Shown: positions 16,614 through 27,908, counted from the first letter of the stretch. The stretch: 64,000 bases of DNA from an uncultured virus (IMG/VR IMGVR_UViG_3300033630_000015) (IMGVR_UViG_3300033630_000015); one strand, 5' to 3'. Made by a program: numbers and translations. The notes: a model not told the origin generated them from the sequence alone.

Positions 16614-19600
16614 TTAAGCCTCCCTATATAATGTGATCAATTCTTTCACATCGTCGGCGACAAAGGCCCAGTTTCCAGTGATTGCCGGGAAAGCCTCGGA
16701 CTTCGCAGAGCTGGCCAGACTAGTATTGCTTCTGGCAATCGCATATGCGTACACGATATGATCAGGGGTGATGGCTTCTACTCCACCCATGGCCTCTGCG
16801 AATCTCACCGCTCTGGACTTTGTAGTGGTCGAAGTGTCCTGATACAATGTCACCGATTTCCGAGCGATGCTGCCGTTATACACCTGAACTGGCAAGGTAT
16901 ATGGTTTGTAGCCATCCTTTTTGATGGTTATCGTGTGGACTCCTGCTTCAACTCCTATTATTTCATCGGTTGAGCCAATCACTGCTCCATTTTCATATAC
17001 CTCTGCATTTAATCCAGCGGCATCTATGAAAATACCAGTCTCGCCGGTTGACTTGGAATAAGTCGAGCCCCCGCTTTTATAACTACTGCTTCCGCCCCCG
17101 CCGCCACCCCCGGAGCTGGTCTTACTGGTAGACCCGGTTCCTTTCCACGTCTGAATATAATTTTCTTTGTCAGCAAGGAATGCCGCAATATCTTTACTGC
17201 CACTGTTGATAAATTCGGCATATTTTCCGGTGTCGATAGTAAATTCGCTCCCATCAGATTCTGTCTTTTTTTGATCGATGTCGTACTGCCCAGTGGTCGG
17301 GTTAAACAATTTGCCAGATTGAATTATATTGGCCGTGTGGGGATACCCAGTATCATCAATCCAGGATAATGTATTTCCACTCGCGGTTGCCTTGAAGTTT
17401 GCTGGATTATTCTGTCTCGCGGTGAAAATTGCCGCCTGGTCAGCTGGCATATATTGTTCGATTCTGGCGTTCTCGTCAATCAGGCCCGATGCTTTGTACT
17501 CAGCAATCTTTCGAGACAGCTCTGTTGGATCAGTGGCCGAAGCAAGGTCGTTCTGAATGGCTTTATTGATGGCTTCTTTTGGAAATATCGCACTCATCTG
17601 AGCGGCTGTCATATCCGGATACATTGATTTCAGTTTGCTGACGTCAAGGCTTCCATCTGGGTTTAAGAATATGGATCTCCACATTACGGCGTCTGCATCA
17701 GTACCTGTTTTTCCGTATTGGGCATATTTCGTCGCAGCGTCCAATGATGTTGGTGCGACTGCAAGAACCGCCCGCTGTTGTGCAGTGATTCCTTCAGCAG
17801 TCATTCCGGGGGTTGTTGATCCGATTGTCGAGAGTTGCCGGACAGTGCCGTCTGCCATTACTTGACCTATGATTTGGCTGGGGTCCGTGATATCTCTCCC
17901 GTAGACAACTTTTCCAGTCTGATCGACATATTGTGCATCGGGATCGATGGTTATTGTGGTTGTCGGGCCAACTAAATCGGTGTATGCTTTATTGGCCAGC
18001 TCTGAGATCGCGCCTCCTTTTACCAGTAGGTCATATGCTCCGCCGAACTCTTTGGTCAGAGTATCCTTTGCACCCTGGTTGCTGGCAGCAATAAAGTGGC
18101 CGAGACCAATCTGTTTTGCAAGTTCAGGATCAGTTATACCGAGACCCTTTGCTATCAAATTATTTGGTCCTATACTACCATCAGCCTGAATATCGTAGAT
18201 CCTGCGTAGTGTGTCACCATCAAGATGGGCCATGGTCTCGGGGTGCTGAGCCCAGTATGCCGGTCTTTCAGACTCGGGCCGAATAGATCCCCAGCATCCG
18301 GGACCAAATTCACAGCTTTCATCTTTGGTCCATAACCCCGCTTTAACACCTTTGGATACTTTGTCAGATGCAAGACCAATAGCTGCGTTTTCGATATACC
18401 ATCTAAATGCTGCGGGGCCTGCGAAAATTATACCGCCTCCTGGCAAATTGTCCAGAACCCAGTTGAGTGGACCTAGCATTTCGGTTGCGTGTTCAAAGGC
18501 CTTTAAACCGTCTCTATCAAGGTATTCCATATATTCATCTACCGGGGTATCCCATCCTGTCATTTGGATCATCGTTTGAAGACCTTCTTCTACCGCGAAA
18601 TAGGCAGTCATCACTGTATTGGCTCCGGCCCAGGCCAAAACCGTTCTTTTCAGAAGTGATCCTGGATGTGTAATCATGTTCGTAATCATACGAGCACTGC
18701 CTATCGCCCCGCCTCGAATAAATCTTGAAAACTTACTTGAAGGCATGTTTTGTCTGATCCTGGCCAGTCTTTCCATATCTTCATGGGTATATGTTCTCTT
18801 TGAATAAAACTCATCTATGAACTTCTTGTCGCCAGCCGACAGATTGTTGTACTTGGGATCGGCCTTCATGTCGGCTATTATGCGATCTTGGGCTGCCTTC
18901 TGATACTGAGATGCCACATTTGGATCAACGTCATAGATTTTTCCAAACGCCTCGTCTGCAAAGGTTTCGTCCTTCAACGCGGCCCTAACATCCTTATCCG
19001 TGAGCAGTTTCTTCAATTCATCCGTTTTTCCGGCCATGCTGGAATCGAGTATATTGTCTAGCTTGAGCCGGCCCAAGTCTGCCTCTGCTGACACGCCCTG
19101 ATATGCCCCGGCATTATCAACAATTCTTGTCACTTGCTGATAATCATTTTGATTGAGTTGCCGGGTCATTGCTTTGCGGATATATTCCTGGTCTGTGGCA
19201 GACATTTTGCCCCTGGTCACATCATCGATACGGCCAACTGCTCCCTGGTAATGGAACCCCATGATCTTTTCTGCGGCGGACCTGTCGCTGCCCAGCTTTT
19301 CAGAGATGGACATGGCCAATTGCTCGGCCTCTTCTCGGGAGGTGTTTCGGAGATATGTTTTAAGGTCCTCACTTTTGGCCAGGGCCTCGTCCAGCGCAGA
19401 TCGGCCATCCCGAACAGATAAACCGTCCAACTGATTGAGGAGATCATCAACGGTTGTCTGACCATTTATCAACTGGTTTCCTCGGGACTGCTGCACGTTT
19501 CTGGTGTCATACACCTCTTGATTCAGTCTGCGTGCCCTGTTTTTCAACGCATCCGCCTGCGCCTTCAAGCCATCGATCTGAGATTTTATTCCAGCTTTTT

Positions 19601-22600
19601 CCCTGGATGGGGCATCTTCGAGTTTGGCTCCCAGTTCCTGCATTTGCCGGCCCAGGTTTGATAGCTCATCTTCTGTAGCTATCCTCTCAGCTGTTTTTGC
19701 AGCAACTGCTTTTTGAGCTTCCTGATACTCAGATGCCAATCCTTCGGGAGTGACTGTGCCTGGGCTCGGGACCTCCTCGGGAACCCTGATACTCGGAGTC
19801 TCGGTTGGGGCCGTCTCTACAGCGGGGCGAACTTCTGGTGTCTTCCTGATATCGTCTACCATGGCTGCGCGGGTATCATCCAGATATTTGGTAAGGTATT
19901 GCAGCTCTTCGTCCGGTATGGCTCGTATATTTGATATCACATCTGGATCTTCGAGCAGGCTTCGAAATGTTGCTGCATCAAGGTTTTGCAGATCGATGCC
20001 CGATAGCTCTCCCACCCGAACCGCGTCTTTTTCAACAATTTCCACTGTGCGTCCTATCTGGAAGGAGCCGGATTTATCTGCTTCACGGACCGTGGACCAC
20101 AGGATTCCATCTTCGGTGAGGAGATCTATTTTAACGAACTCTTTGCTCATGTCGAAGTCGAGCCCTCCAGATTCAGTCAGACCTTTCCAAACTGCTTCGT
20201 CCGCTGCATACGGATCGGCCTTGTTAATAGCAACTACCTTGCTACCGGAGGCATTATCAGGGACCTTGAACTCAGTCGGGACATTAACTGGTTTTTCCCA
20301 GAAGAACATCTTGGCAGGAGTTGCTGCAACGTTCATTGCTTCGTCGGCGGAGAACACGATGTCGTTCTTTCGTATGAATGAGAACTCTCCCTCGGGAGAT
20401 CTTACTACCCAGCCGTCCATCTTCTTGAATTTGTGTACAGCTGCCTGCCAGTCATTAGCCCCGCTAATGATGGTTCCGTCGTTGGTGGCCTTTTCAAAGG
20501 CCTTTGCCAGTGACGCCTTTGTTGGTCCTTTTGTTCCAGTGACTACCAAGATGTCGCTGTACTTGCTGTTTCCTAGAATCAGTTCTGCCATGTTGTAATC
20601 GGCATTTGCATCTATCCAGGAAGCCGGCATTTGGGATATCAGCTCTTTGGCTGATTTCAGGGCTTCAACTATCTTATTCCAGGCCAGGGTTGCTTTCGCA
20701 GTCCATGTTGATTTTATGGTGTTGAATTTATCCAGAAGATTGGATGTTGTCGTTGGTTCGCCAATGAAGTATCTGATCTCATCCATTATCACGTCCTGGT
20801 CCGCTTTGGATGCACCCTTAAACTCTTCGAATTGCAGGAAGTCATCCATGTTTGCTTCGGCTTTGCTTTGGTGGACGATTATCTCTTTCTCTGGTCCAAG
20901 GTTGGAACTCTTGATATCAGCATCACTCAGGTTCTTTATGCTGTCTCTGGATGCAGTTACATGATTCTGGAAATCAGATAGGGACATTATGTTTATTGGT
21001 GTCTCCCCCATAGCTTCGTCAAAGGCTATACGGGCTGTGTCACTCATTTGCGATCTGAGATATTGAACTCTCGCGATCTCGGTTTCTGTCAGAACCTCGC
21101 CATTTTTGGCTTTAGCCAGGAGACTTACATCTCCGGATTGTGTTAGCGTTCCAAAATCGGCTGTCTGGGTGAATCTAGTCCACGCATCTGCAACTGCGTC
21201 TGCTCCGCCCTCCCTGGATGCGAGTGAAGAAACCAGACTATTATACAGATCAGATAGTTCTGTTTGAGTAGGAGCCACATATGATGGCGTGTATTCTACT
21301 GGGGTAGTAGTTGGCGTAGTGGTGGTGGTGGGTGTTGTTGTTGGAGTAGTTGCGACTAATCGGTCCGACAGATACTTGCCATATTCCTCCGGGGTCTGTC
21401 GAACATTGGTATATGGATTCAGGATCTCGAAAGTTCCATCGTTCTTCCTGAAATAATAATATCCTCCCTCGCTATTCCAGATCGGAGTTTCTTCGGCAGC
21501 CAGCAACTTTTCAAACTGCTCCTTGGACATCCAGTTCCCGGTTTGGGGGTCCATGTACTGAACATCCCCTGTTGCAGAGTTGGTCCTGGTCCTGGCGTTG
21601 TTTTTAGACTCATCGATGCCATAGGTGTAGGTTGGATTATTCCTGGCAATTGCTGCTCTTTCAGCGTCGAGATCTGTTTTTGACACCCAGTTACCAGCTG
21701 AGTCCTGATAGACCCTTGACCCATCCTTATTTAACTTCGTGTATGTGTTTAATTCTGCATCGTATTTGGGGGATCGGTCAGCGGTTCTCTGCAATACAAG
21801 TTCTTCATATTCAGTGGTGGAAAGGATATTGCCGGTCTCGGGGTCCTTAACCTGCCAGGTCTTTCCGTTATCAATAGAACGGAGTTCTGCTCCCCAGTTT
21901 TGGTTATAGGTCCACTGGCTTACGTCCTGCCCGGTGACAATATTTCCCCCAGTAGCATCATCTATATATCCTCCTCCGCCGCCTCCGATTGGACCGGCAT
22001 CACCCATTTCGCCACCGTATCCGTTGGGGCCGCCAAGCATTTCATCGGCAACTGGCGTTGGTGCGTGACTTCCAACCGTCTGATATTGATCAGGCATGGC
22101 TTTGAGACGGGCATCCCATTCGGTTGCCAACGAAAGTGCGTCTTCGTTGGTTGCAATCTGCCGGGTTGTAACTACATTCAGGGTATTTCCAGCTTCATCG
22201 GTATATGTAATCTGCCACGTATCCGGAAAGCCGGGTTTAGATATTTTTACAATAGAATCTCCTGCTTCATCGATTGCAACAACGGTTCGTTTCGATGGTA
22301 TGTAGTCCTTATGCACCTGGTAGTAGTTGCCTTTGCCATCAATATCCACGAGGAATTTTCCATCTGCTGTCTCCAAGACCCCCGTTTCTCGAACCTTTGT
22401 GATCGTGAATTTGTTGCCAGTCGGATCTACTACACTGAATGGCTTGAATCCATCATCAACGATGACGTTCTTCTTCATGTCGAAAAACTTGGTCTCAGTT
22501 GCAGCTTCTGTCGTGGCTCCTTTGAAACTGGTGGTCTTTTCAGAGGCAGCACCGATGGGCTTCAATCCAGCGTTCCTAGCCGCTGATGTTTCTGCTGGTA

Positions 22601-25600
22601 TTATAGGTTTGCCAGTGACAGTTTTCTCGCCAGCGACCGTTGTTTTGGCAGTTGCCGCTACTTCAACTGCTTCTTTACCATCCTTGGAAAGTTCGAATAT
22701 TTTTCCGTCCATGGTTTCCAGTCTTATTATATTGGGGTTATCGACAGAATAACCTACTTTGCCGACTAGTTTCGTACCTCTATATGCATTAATTGTTCCA
22801 TCGGATGCTTTCAACAGCTTCACAACTTCTGTTGTTTTGCTAGCTTTGGAAACAAGTTTCAATGGTACGCCGATACCTACAGTCAATGGCAAAAACAACG
22901 CAGCATTCAAAGTTTCGTTTGGGGTAAGTGGTTCTGTTACAATGGATTCTGTAAAAGCGAGTACTTGCACGCCTTTATACAGCTGCAAATCGATGGCATC
23001 GCTGCCTCTTGGCAAATAGGTTAAAGCAGATGAAAAACCCCGTTCTTTTTCGACGTCCTTAGTAAATTTTTTCTCGGCGGTGGTCATGGCTTTGTCCAGG
23101 GTGCTCTTGAATTCAGTTGAACCAAGCTTGTATTCAAGTACTGGTTGCATTACAGGGTCAGTTGCTGCTCCCAATATAGCTCTTGGATTGTTTTTAGCGA
23201 TCTCGGCAACTGTTTCTGCATCGGCGTAGGTTAGTGCGTTTTTAAATAGTTCATATTGGTTCATCCCGCCGATAACTGGGACATCGGTAAATGTAGAACC
23301 TGGTTTTGCAAGGTCTTTTGCTATTTTATCTAGTTGAATTAGTCCCTGTACAGTAGGCTGAACTTCATAACCATTTTCATAACCGGGGCCCATCATGGAC
23401 ATGTATGGTTTCTTGGATAACCAATCGGCATACCCCCACGGATCTTTTAATGGGTCTGGGATTTGGGCATTGGTTAACGGTTTCAATGTGAACATGCCCG
23501 AACCAGCTGCTCGCATATCTGGAACCTGAAACACCGTACCTAGTTCGGTTATAACTATATCCGCCCACCCGGTTTCAGGTTTTTTTGCAGATCCTACATC
23601 AAGAGTTGCAGCTCGGCTGAGCAAATCCTGACCCAGATCTCCAATTTCAGTATCGCTAAGCCCGAGATATGCGGTTTTTCTGTAGGACCATTCGTTAACT
23701 GGGACTGATTTGCCGGTGCTATCTTTCACGGTTTTAAATGGTTCGACGGAGAATAACCCACTATCTGACATAGCGGCATTTGGAACGGAACTCTGCATGG
23801 CTATTTTGACTTTTCCATCGTTTGATGCATATATGCCCATCTTGCCGCTCGCCAACGAATCAGCAATTTGATTGTCCTTATACCCAGTAGACTTCAGGGC
23901 CTTATAAACATCTGGATCTACGTTGACTACCCTACCTTCTACAGAACCTTTTACGGCAACTGCGTCTTTGGGTTTTGATGTTGATGTCGTGGCTGGTTTT
24001 GCTGTTTCTGGAACTGTTTTGGCATATTCTGTGAAACCGCCCTTTGCGAACTCAACCTTTGATATCTCAGATCCTGGCAGAACATCTCCTGTTGGTGTCC
24101 TGTATAGCTTGTTAAAATCAAGACCTTCAGCGGGCTTGCTGGAAGTAGTGGTTTTTGAAGTAGTGGTTGTCCCAAGGTCGTACAGTTTTTTAAAGGCCTC
24201 ATCACGATCTTTACTCAGCACTTTGTCCAGACTTTCAAAGATTCCGCCGGTTCGAGTATCTATTTTCTTGGTCTCGGCAGGTCCGGTTTTGGTCTTGGTA
24301 CTGGTCTGCGTTGCCGTTCCTGGTTTTGCAGACGTGGCGGCGGTTGACTTTGTTTCAGATTTTGATGCGTATTTCCCAATACCACGTCTCTGATCTTCCA
24401 TATCATCTCCGGTCGAAACTTTGCTCCAGTCCTCTGCTTGGATTGATGGCAACAGATCCTGTCGAATTGATGCTATCTTGGTGGAATCAATTTTTCCATT
24501 TTTTACATATGGCTTTAATGCATCGTTGATCGCGCCCATGCGTTCAGCTACTGTGGCAGCAGGCGCTGGGGTATTGGCGTAAAGTTGTGAATATATTGCA
24601 CTCGCGACGGAACTGGACGACTGACCAGGCGATATAGTGATAGAATTTAGCCGGGTTGCTGTTTGCACCGCGTTGTCGGCAATGGTTCTATTCTCGGTCA
24701 TCTTTTGCTTAACTGCATTGGATACCTGCAATTTTGCAAGTTGTGTAACCTGGTCTGCTGCCTTGCCGATTTCCAATATTTTGCTCACGCTTTTGTCAGC
24801 CGCCGATTTTAGATCGGTCGCTGTTTTCACGGTGTTCGCCTTGTTAAACTCGTTGTTGGCGATGCTTACCAAGTTGTTTAATGCAGAATTTGAAAGCGAG
24901 TACAGGGCTGCCTTCTCGGTGTCGATCTTCTTAACAGCAACATTACTGGCTTGTTCTGCAACCTTGTTAACGGCATTTAAGATGGTATTGGTGGTTTGCT
25001 GAAGTTTATCAACGTTGCCGGTCTTAAGGGAACTTTTTAAGGCTGCCTCAACTTTACTACTGACATCAATTGCAGCTGGTGGCTGCGTTGCAGATGCCAA
25101 AACCTGATTAAGTCGGGTGGTATTTTCCAGAAGAGTATTGGCAATTGCTGCTACCTTTGCAGCAGGAGCGGTTGCTATCTCGTCAAGCGGAACCGGAGCA
25201 ACGTTTATCGAGGGCGGTGTTGCTAGTTCGACTGCTTTTTTCATGGCTTCGGATATGGCAAGAGTTTCCTGCAACGAATATGTTGGAGCTGTGATCGGCA
25301 CGTATTTTATAGTTTTCACGGGTTCGGGCTCCGTTAGGGCAGCAATGCCTCCTTTTAGTGCTCCTCCAGTTGCCACCGCAGCCACCTTGGAACCCAGTCC
25401 CGTCGTTGGGATAGGCGCGGACAGAGGCTTCAATCCCTCGTTTCGAGCTGCAAGAAGCTCCGGTGTTATCGGCACATTTACACCAGAGGCTATTGATGAT
25501 TGTATTGCTTGGGCGGGGGTTTGAGATGTTGAAACTGGAGCTGTCGGGGTTGGGGCCTTGGCAGGGGTTACAGTGGTGGTTTTAGATTGAAAATCGAGTC

Positions 25601-25844
25601 GTGTCTCTGATTCATATGCTGGTAGTGATGTAGGGCCCGTGGACTTTATAAATTCAGTTATTGATGGCGCTGGTGCCGGCGCTTTTGCCTGCGTTGCCGG
25701 TGCAAGTGTCTTTTCCAGGGAACTCAGCTTTTGCGCAGTTGAAGATGTGCTACTGGAACTTTTGGCCGGGGTTGTAGTGGTTTTTCCGCTGCTACCCCCG
25801 ATACTTACAGTTGCGGGTTTTGATGATGATCCAAGTCGAACCAT
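16614..25844 (-). CDS. Giant 3076-aa protein with coiled coils, hydrophobic segments and a C-terminal PEGA domain (candidate virion/genome-delivery protein)
   Basis: Single uninterrupted ORF; PEGA AEVYENG..GVHTITIKKDGYKPY; S/T/A/P-rich N-terminus; TM-like segments. Confidence 0.85.
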   Translation of the reverse strand: MVRLGSSSKPATVSIGGSSGKTTTTPAKSSSSTSSTAQKLSSLEKTLAPATQAKAPAPAPSITEFIKSTGPTSLPAYESETRLDFQSKTTTVTPAKAPTPTAPVSTSQTPAQAIQSSIASGVNVPITPELLAARNEGLKPLSAPIPTTGLGSKVAAVATGGALKGGIAALTEPEPVKTIKYVPITAPTYSLQETLAISEAMKKAVELATPPSINVAPVPLDEIATAPAAKVAAIANTLLENTTRLNQVLASATQPPAAIDVSSKVEAALKSSLKTGNVDKLQQTTNTILNAVNKVAEQASNVAVKKIDTEKAALYSLSNSALNNLVSIANNEFNKANTVKTATDLKSAADKSVSKILEIGKAADQVTQLAKLQVSNAVKQKMTENRTIADNAVQTATRLNSITISPGQSSSSVASAIYSQLYANTPAPAATVAERMGAINDALKPYVKNGKIDSTKIASIRQDLLPSIQAEDWSKVSTGDDMEDQRRGIGKYASKSETKSTAATSAKPGTATQTSTKTKTGPAETKKIDTRTGGIFESLDKVLSKDRDEAFKKLYDLGTTTTSKTTTSSKPAEGLDFNKLYRTPTGDVLPGSEISKVEFAKGGFTEYAKTVPETAKPATTSTSKPKDAVAVKGSVEGRVVNVDPDVYKALKSTGYKDNQIADSLASGKMGIYASNDGKVKIAMQSSVPNAAMSDSGLFSVEPFKTVKDSTGKSVPVNEWSYRKTAYLGLSDTEIGDLGQDLLSRAATLDVGSAKKPETGWADIVITELGTVFQVPDMRAAGSGMFTLKPLTNAQIPDPLKDPWGYADWLSKKPYMSMMGPGYENGYEVQPTVQGLIQLDKIAKDLAKPGSTFTDVPVIGGMNQYELFKNALTYADAETVAEIAKNNPRAILGAATDPVMQPVLEYKLGSTEFKSTLDKAMTTAEKKFTKDVEKERGFSSALTYLPRGSDAIDLQLYKGVQVLAFTESIVTEPLTPNETLNAALFLPLTVGIGVPLKLVSKASKTTEVVKLLKASDGTINAYRGTKLVGKVGYSVDNPNIIRLETMDGKIFELSKDGKEAVEVAATAKTTVAGEKTVTGKPIIPAETSAARNAGLKPIGAASEKTTSFKGATTEAATETKFFDMKKNVIVDDGFKPFSVVDPTGNKFTITKVRETGVLETADGKFLVDIDGKGNYYQVHKDYIPSKRTVVAIDEAGDSIVKISKPGFPDTWQITYTDEAGNTLNVVTTRQIATNEDALSLATEWDARLKAMPDQYQTVGSHAPTPVADEMLGGPNGYGGEMGDAGPIGGGGGGYIDDATGGNIVTGQDVSQWTYNQNWGAELRSIDNGKTWQVKDPETGNILSTTEYEELVLQRTADRSPKYDAELNTYTKLNKDGSRVYQDSAGNWVSKTDLDAERAAIARNNPTYTYGIDESKNNARTRTNSATGDVQYMDPQTGNWMSKEQFEKLLAAEETPIWNSEGGYYYFRKNDGTFEILNPYTNVRQTPEEYGKYLSDRLVATTPTTTPTTTTTPTTTPVEYTPSYVAPTQTELSDLYNSLVSSLASREGGADAVADAWTRFTQTADFGTLTQSGDVSLLAKAKNGEVLTETEIARVQYLRSQMSDTARIAFDEAMGETPINIMSLSDFQNHVTASRDSIKNLSDADIKSSNLGPEKEIIVHQSKAEANMDDFLQFEEFKGASKADQDVIMDEIRYFIGEPTTTSNLLDKFNTIKSTWTAKATLAWNKIVEALKSAKELISQMPASWIDANADYNMAELILGNSKYSDILVVTGTKGPTKASLAKAFEKATNDGTIISGANDWQAAVHKFKKMDGWVVRSPEGEFSFIRKNDIVFSADEAMNVAATPAKMFFWEKPVNVPTEFKVPDNASGSKVVAINKADPYAADEAVWKGLTESGGLDFDMSKEFVKIDLLTEDGILWSTVREADKSGSFQIGRTVEIVEKDAVRVGELSGIDLQNLDAATFRSLLEDPDVISNIRAIPDEELQYLTKYLDDTRAAMVDDIRKTPEVRPAVETAPTETPSIRVPEEVPSPGTVTPEGLASEYQEAQKAVAAKTAERIATEDELSNLGRQMQELGAKLEDAPSREKAGIKSQIDGLKAQADALKNRARRLNQEVYDTRNVQQSRGNQLINGQTTVDDLLNQLDGLSVRDGRSALDEALAKSEDLKTYLRNTSREEAEQLAMSISEKLGSDRSAAEKIMGFHYQGAVGRIDDVTRGKMSATDQEYIRKAMTRQLNQNDYQQVTRIVDNAGAYQGVSAEADLGRLKLDNILDSSMAGKTDELKKLLTDKDVRAALKDETFADEAFGKIYDVDPNVASQYQKAAQDRIIADMKADPKYNNLSAGDKKFIDEFYSKRTYTHEDMERLARIRQNMPSSKFSRFIRGGAIGSARMITNMITHPGSLLKRTVLAWAGANTVMTAYFAVEEGLQTMIQMTGWDTPVDEYMEYLDRDGLKAFEHATEMLGPLNWVLDNLPGGGIIFAGPAAFRWYIENAAIGLASDKVSKGVKAGLWTKDESCEFGPGCWGSIRPESERPAYWAQHPETMAHLDGDTLRRIYDIQADGSIGPNNLIAKGLGITDPELAKQIGLGHFIAASNQGAKDTLTKEFGGAYDLLVKGGAISELANKAYTDLVGPTTTITIDPDAQYVDQTGKVVYGRDITDPSQIIGQVMADGTVRQLSTIGSTTPGMTAEGITAQQRAVLAVAPTSLDAATKYAQYGKTGTDADAVMWRSIFLNPDGSLDVSKLKSMYPDMTAAQMSAIFPKEAINKAIQNDLASATDPTELSRKIAEYKASGLIDENARIEQYMPADQAAIFTARQNNPANFKATASGNTLSWIDDTGYPHTANIIQSGKLFNPTTGQYDIDQKKTESDGSEFTIDTGKYAEFINSGSKDIAAFLADKENYIQTWKGTGSTSKTSSGGGGGGGSSSYKSGGSTYSKSTGETGIFIDAAGLNAEVYENGAVIGSTDEIIGVEAGVHTITIKKDGYKPYTLPVQVYNGSIARKSVTLYQDTSTTTKSRAVRFAEAMGGVEAITPDHIVYAYAIARSNTSLASSAKSEAFPAITGNWAFVADDVKELITLYREA

Positions 25845-26087
25845 TACTTACCACCTTCTTTTGTCTTTTTAATAGCTTTCATGAACATCTTGTCAATGTC
25901 TTGCTGGGCTTCCAATGCCTTTTTTTCTAATTCTTCTTTACTTATCATGTGGACCACGGATATAACAATAAATGCTCAAGGATTTATATGTTGGCCGCAA
26001 AAGTAGTTACCATGCAAATCAGAGTAAGTTGTGGATTGATACAGGAACTGGAGTCTCCGTTGTTAAAGTTCCCAGGGGGTGACGAGG

Positions 26088-27302
26088 ATGGCGGAAGAAG
26101 AAATAAGCTTGATTCAAACACCGACAGACCTATTGGCAATTGAATCTCCTGTCGATGCCAAGGCTCGCCAATGGTTGACACGAGTCCAGACAAACTTTTG
26201 GCAGTTTGATGCTGCCGTCCGGACTAGAGTAACTTGGTTTAATGATCAACATTACAATCCTTTAATGGTATACGAAGGTATTCTCCCCCATTACGAGGCC
26301 ATTAAGTCGGACCTCAACGAATTTAAAAAATACCTTGACGAAAACGGGTTTCCTCCGAATTCATCATATTATCAATATTATGATGCATACATGAAGTATT
26401 ACGATGCGTATGCTGATGTTGCGAAGCCGCCCGCGCTGGTTCAAGAGGAACTAGATAAAGGCAGGATCGTTGGTATTTGTGACAAGGTCGATGATGGCGA
26501 CACCATTTTCGTAAATGGAAAAGAGGTCAGGCTTGCCGGGATCGACTCGGCTGAAAAAGGGACGTACAGTGGGTCGGGACCTGCAACTGCGCGAATGAAA
26601 GAGCTGGTCCTCGGCAAAATGGTTACAGTGTATTTTGATCCCCACTCTCCGATGGAAATGTATCGCAGAGTCCTGGGTGCGGTATATATCGGCAATGGTG
26701 ATGAAGAAGAGCTGTATCGTCGCGATGACTGGAAAGACATTTTTGTAAATTATATAATGGTTAACGAATGTCTATCAAGCCCCAACAATAAAGGGAGAAA
26801 CATGTACATAGATCATGACGAAATCAAAGCGGCGTATGAAAAGTGCAAGATTGCCGAGCTGCCGACATTGGTTAGGGTCGAGTTCAAGTCCAAGCCTACC
26901 CACGCCATGATATTCGTCGATGGCCAGGATACCCATCGTATAACTCCTGATCATTGGGATATGACCCCAGGAGAACATACCATAGCCATAGTTGCTGATG
27001 GTTGCAGTTCCCACCATGAGACCATAAACGTGACTCGTGGTAAGAATGAGATCTATCGAACATTATCGCCGATTCCAACAGCAACTGGCAATATAAATAT
27101 ATTCACAACGCCACAGGACTGCGATATTATCATAAACGACATGCCGCAAGGAGTTGCCCCAATAATCGGGTTGAAGGAAGTTGCCAACGAGTTGCTAAAC
27201 ATAACAGCGGTGAAAGAAGGCTATACCTCAAAAACAGAGCAGGTTATCCCTGTTGCTGGAAGAACAATAACGGTGATGTTTGACCCATTAGAAAAAATCT
27301 AA
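26088..27302 (+). CDS. Thermonuclease (SNase) + two PEGA domains
   Basis: VDDGDT..VRLAGIDSAE..YRRVLG..VNYIMV; PEGA SKPTHAMIFVDG..GEHTI and TTPQDCDIIIND..KEGY. Confidence 0.85.
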   Translation: MAEEEISLIQTPTDLLAIESPVDAKARQWLTRVQTNFWQFDAAVRTRVTWFNDQHYNPLMVYEGILPHYEAIKSDLNEFKKYLDENGFPPNSSYYQYYDAYMKYYDAYADVAKPPALVQEELDKGRIVGICDKVDDGDTIFVNGKEVRLAGIDSAEKGTYSGSGPATARMKELVLGKMVTVYFDPHSPMEMYRRVLGAVYIGNGDEEELYRRDDWKDIFVNYIMVNECLSSPNNKGRNMYIDHDEIKAAYEKCKIAELPTLVRVEFKSKPTHAMIFVDGQDTHRITPDHWDMTPGEHTIAIVADGCSSHHETINVTRGKNEIYRTLSPIPTATGNINIFTTPQDCDIIINDMPQGVAPIIGLKEVANELLNITAVKEGYTSKTEQVIPVAGRTITVMFDPLEKI

Positions 27303-27673
27303 ATGGTAAGTGGCAGAACCAGGTCCTTACCATCTTCTTTCACCACTTTTATCATTTTTCCCAGTTCTGTGAAGTCCATACCATAGTCGTTTACTATGAG
27401 CAAGCCTCCCTTTCCAATGATAACATTTTCAGATATGGAATAGACCGTGACTAGCCGATTCATATCATTTTTCGACTGGCTGGTTGACAAAAATCCATCT
27501 GCAACCAGGCGATCAAGATGCTTCTTGAAAGCGTTTATCTTCCGATGTCGATCTGCGTCAGATTCAATCCCATAGATTTCCTGGACCAGTTCTGTTAGTG
27601 ACCTGGGTTCACCTTTTTCCAGGATCTCGATGGCTCTAACATCCGCTTGATTCAGACTCCAATTTCTGGTCAT
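27299..27673 (-). CDS. wHTH protein
   Basis: PRSLTELVQEIYG..HLDRLVADGFL pattern. Confidence 0.65.
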   Translation of the reverse strand: MTRNWSLNQADVRAIEILEKGEPRSLTELVQEIYGIESDADRHRKINAFKKHLDRLVADGFLSTSQSKNDMNRLVTVYSISENVIIGKGGLLIVNDYGMDFTELGKMIKVVKEDGKDLVLPLTI

Positions 27674-27902
27674 TTATGACAATTACCTCCGAACCAATCA
27701 TCCGAACTCGAACACCCGACAATCTCAAGGTTATGGCGTATGCGCATATCGGATGTCCATTTTCTCTCAGTGTGTTGCAGAGATCTCGAGCCAGTTGAGT
27801 TGCATAGAAGCCATATCCTCTCGGATTGTCGAGCATGTATAACATTGCTCGTCGTCTTTTTGGCATATTTTTGACTTCTATATCCAACTCAACATCAAAC
27901 AT
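27636..27902 (-). CDS. Hypothetical protein
   Basis: ORF in the co-oriented operon. Confidence 0.5.
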   Translation of the reverse strand: MFDVELDIEVKNMPKRRRAMLYMLDNPRGYGFYATQLARDLCNTLRENGHPICAYAITLRLSGVRVRMIGSEVIVINDQKLESESSGC

Positions 27903-27908
27903 GATTTA

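Noticed and set aside
19750..25524. Long plus-strand ORFs antisense to the giant gene (e.g. 19750-20598, 21900-22586)
   Set aside because: Shadow ORFs arising from the codon bias of the minus-strand gene; no motifs or RBS.
16614..25844. Classical tail tape-measure protein
   Set aside because: No tail tube, chaperone, baseplate or terminase context; it carries a PEGA domain and long non-helical regions.
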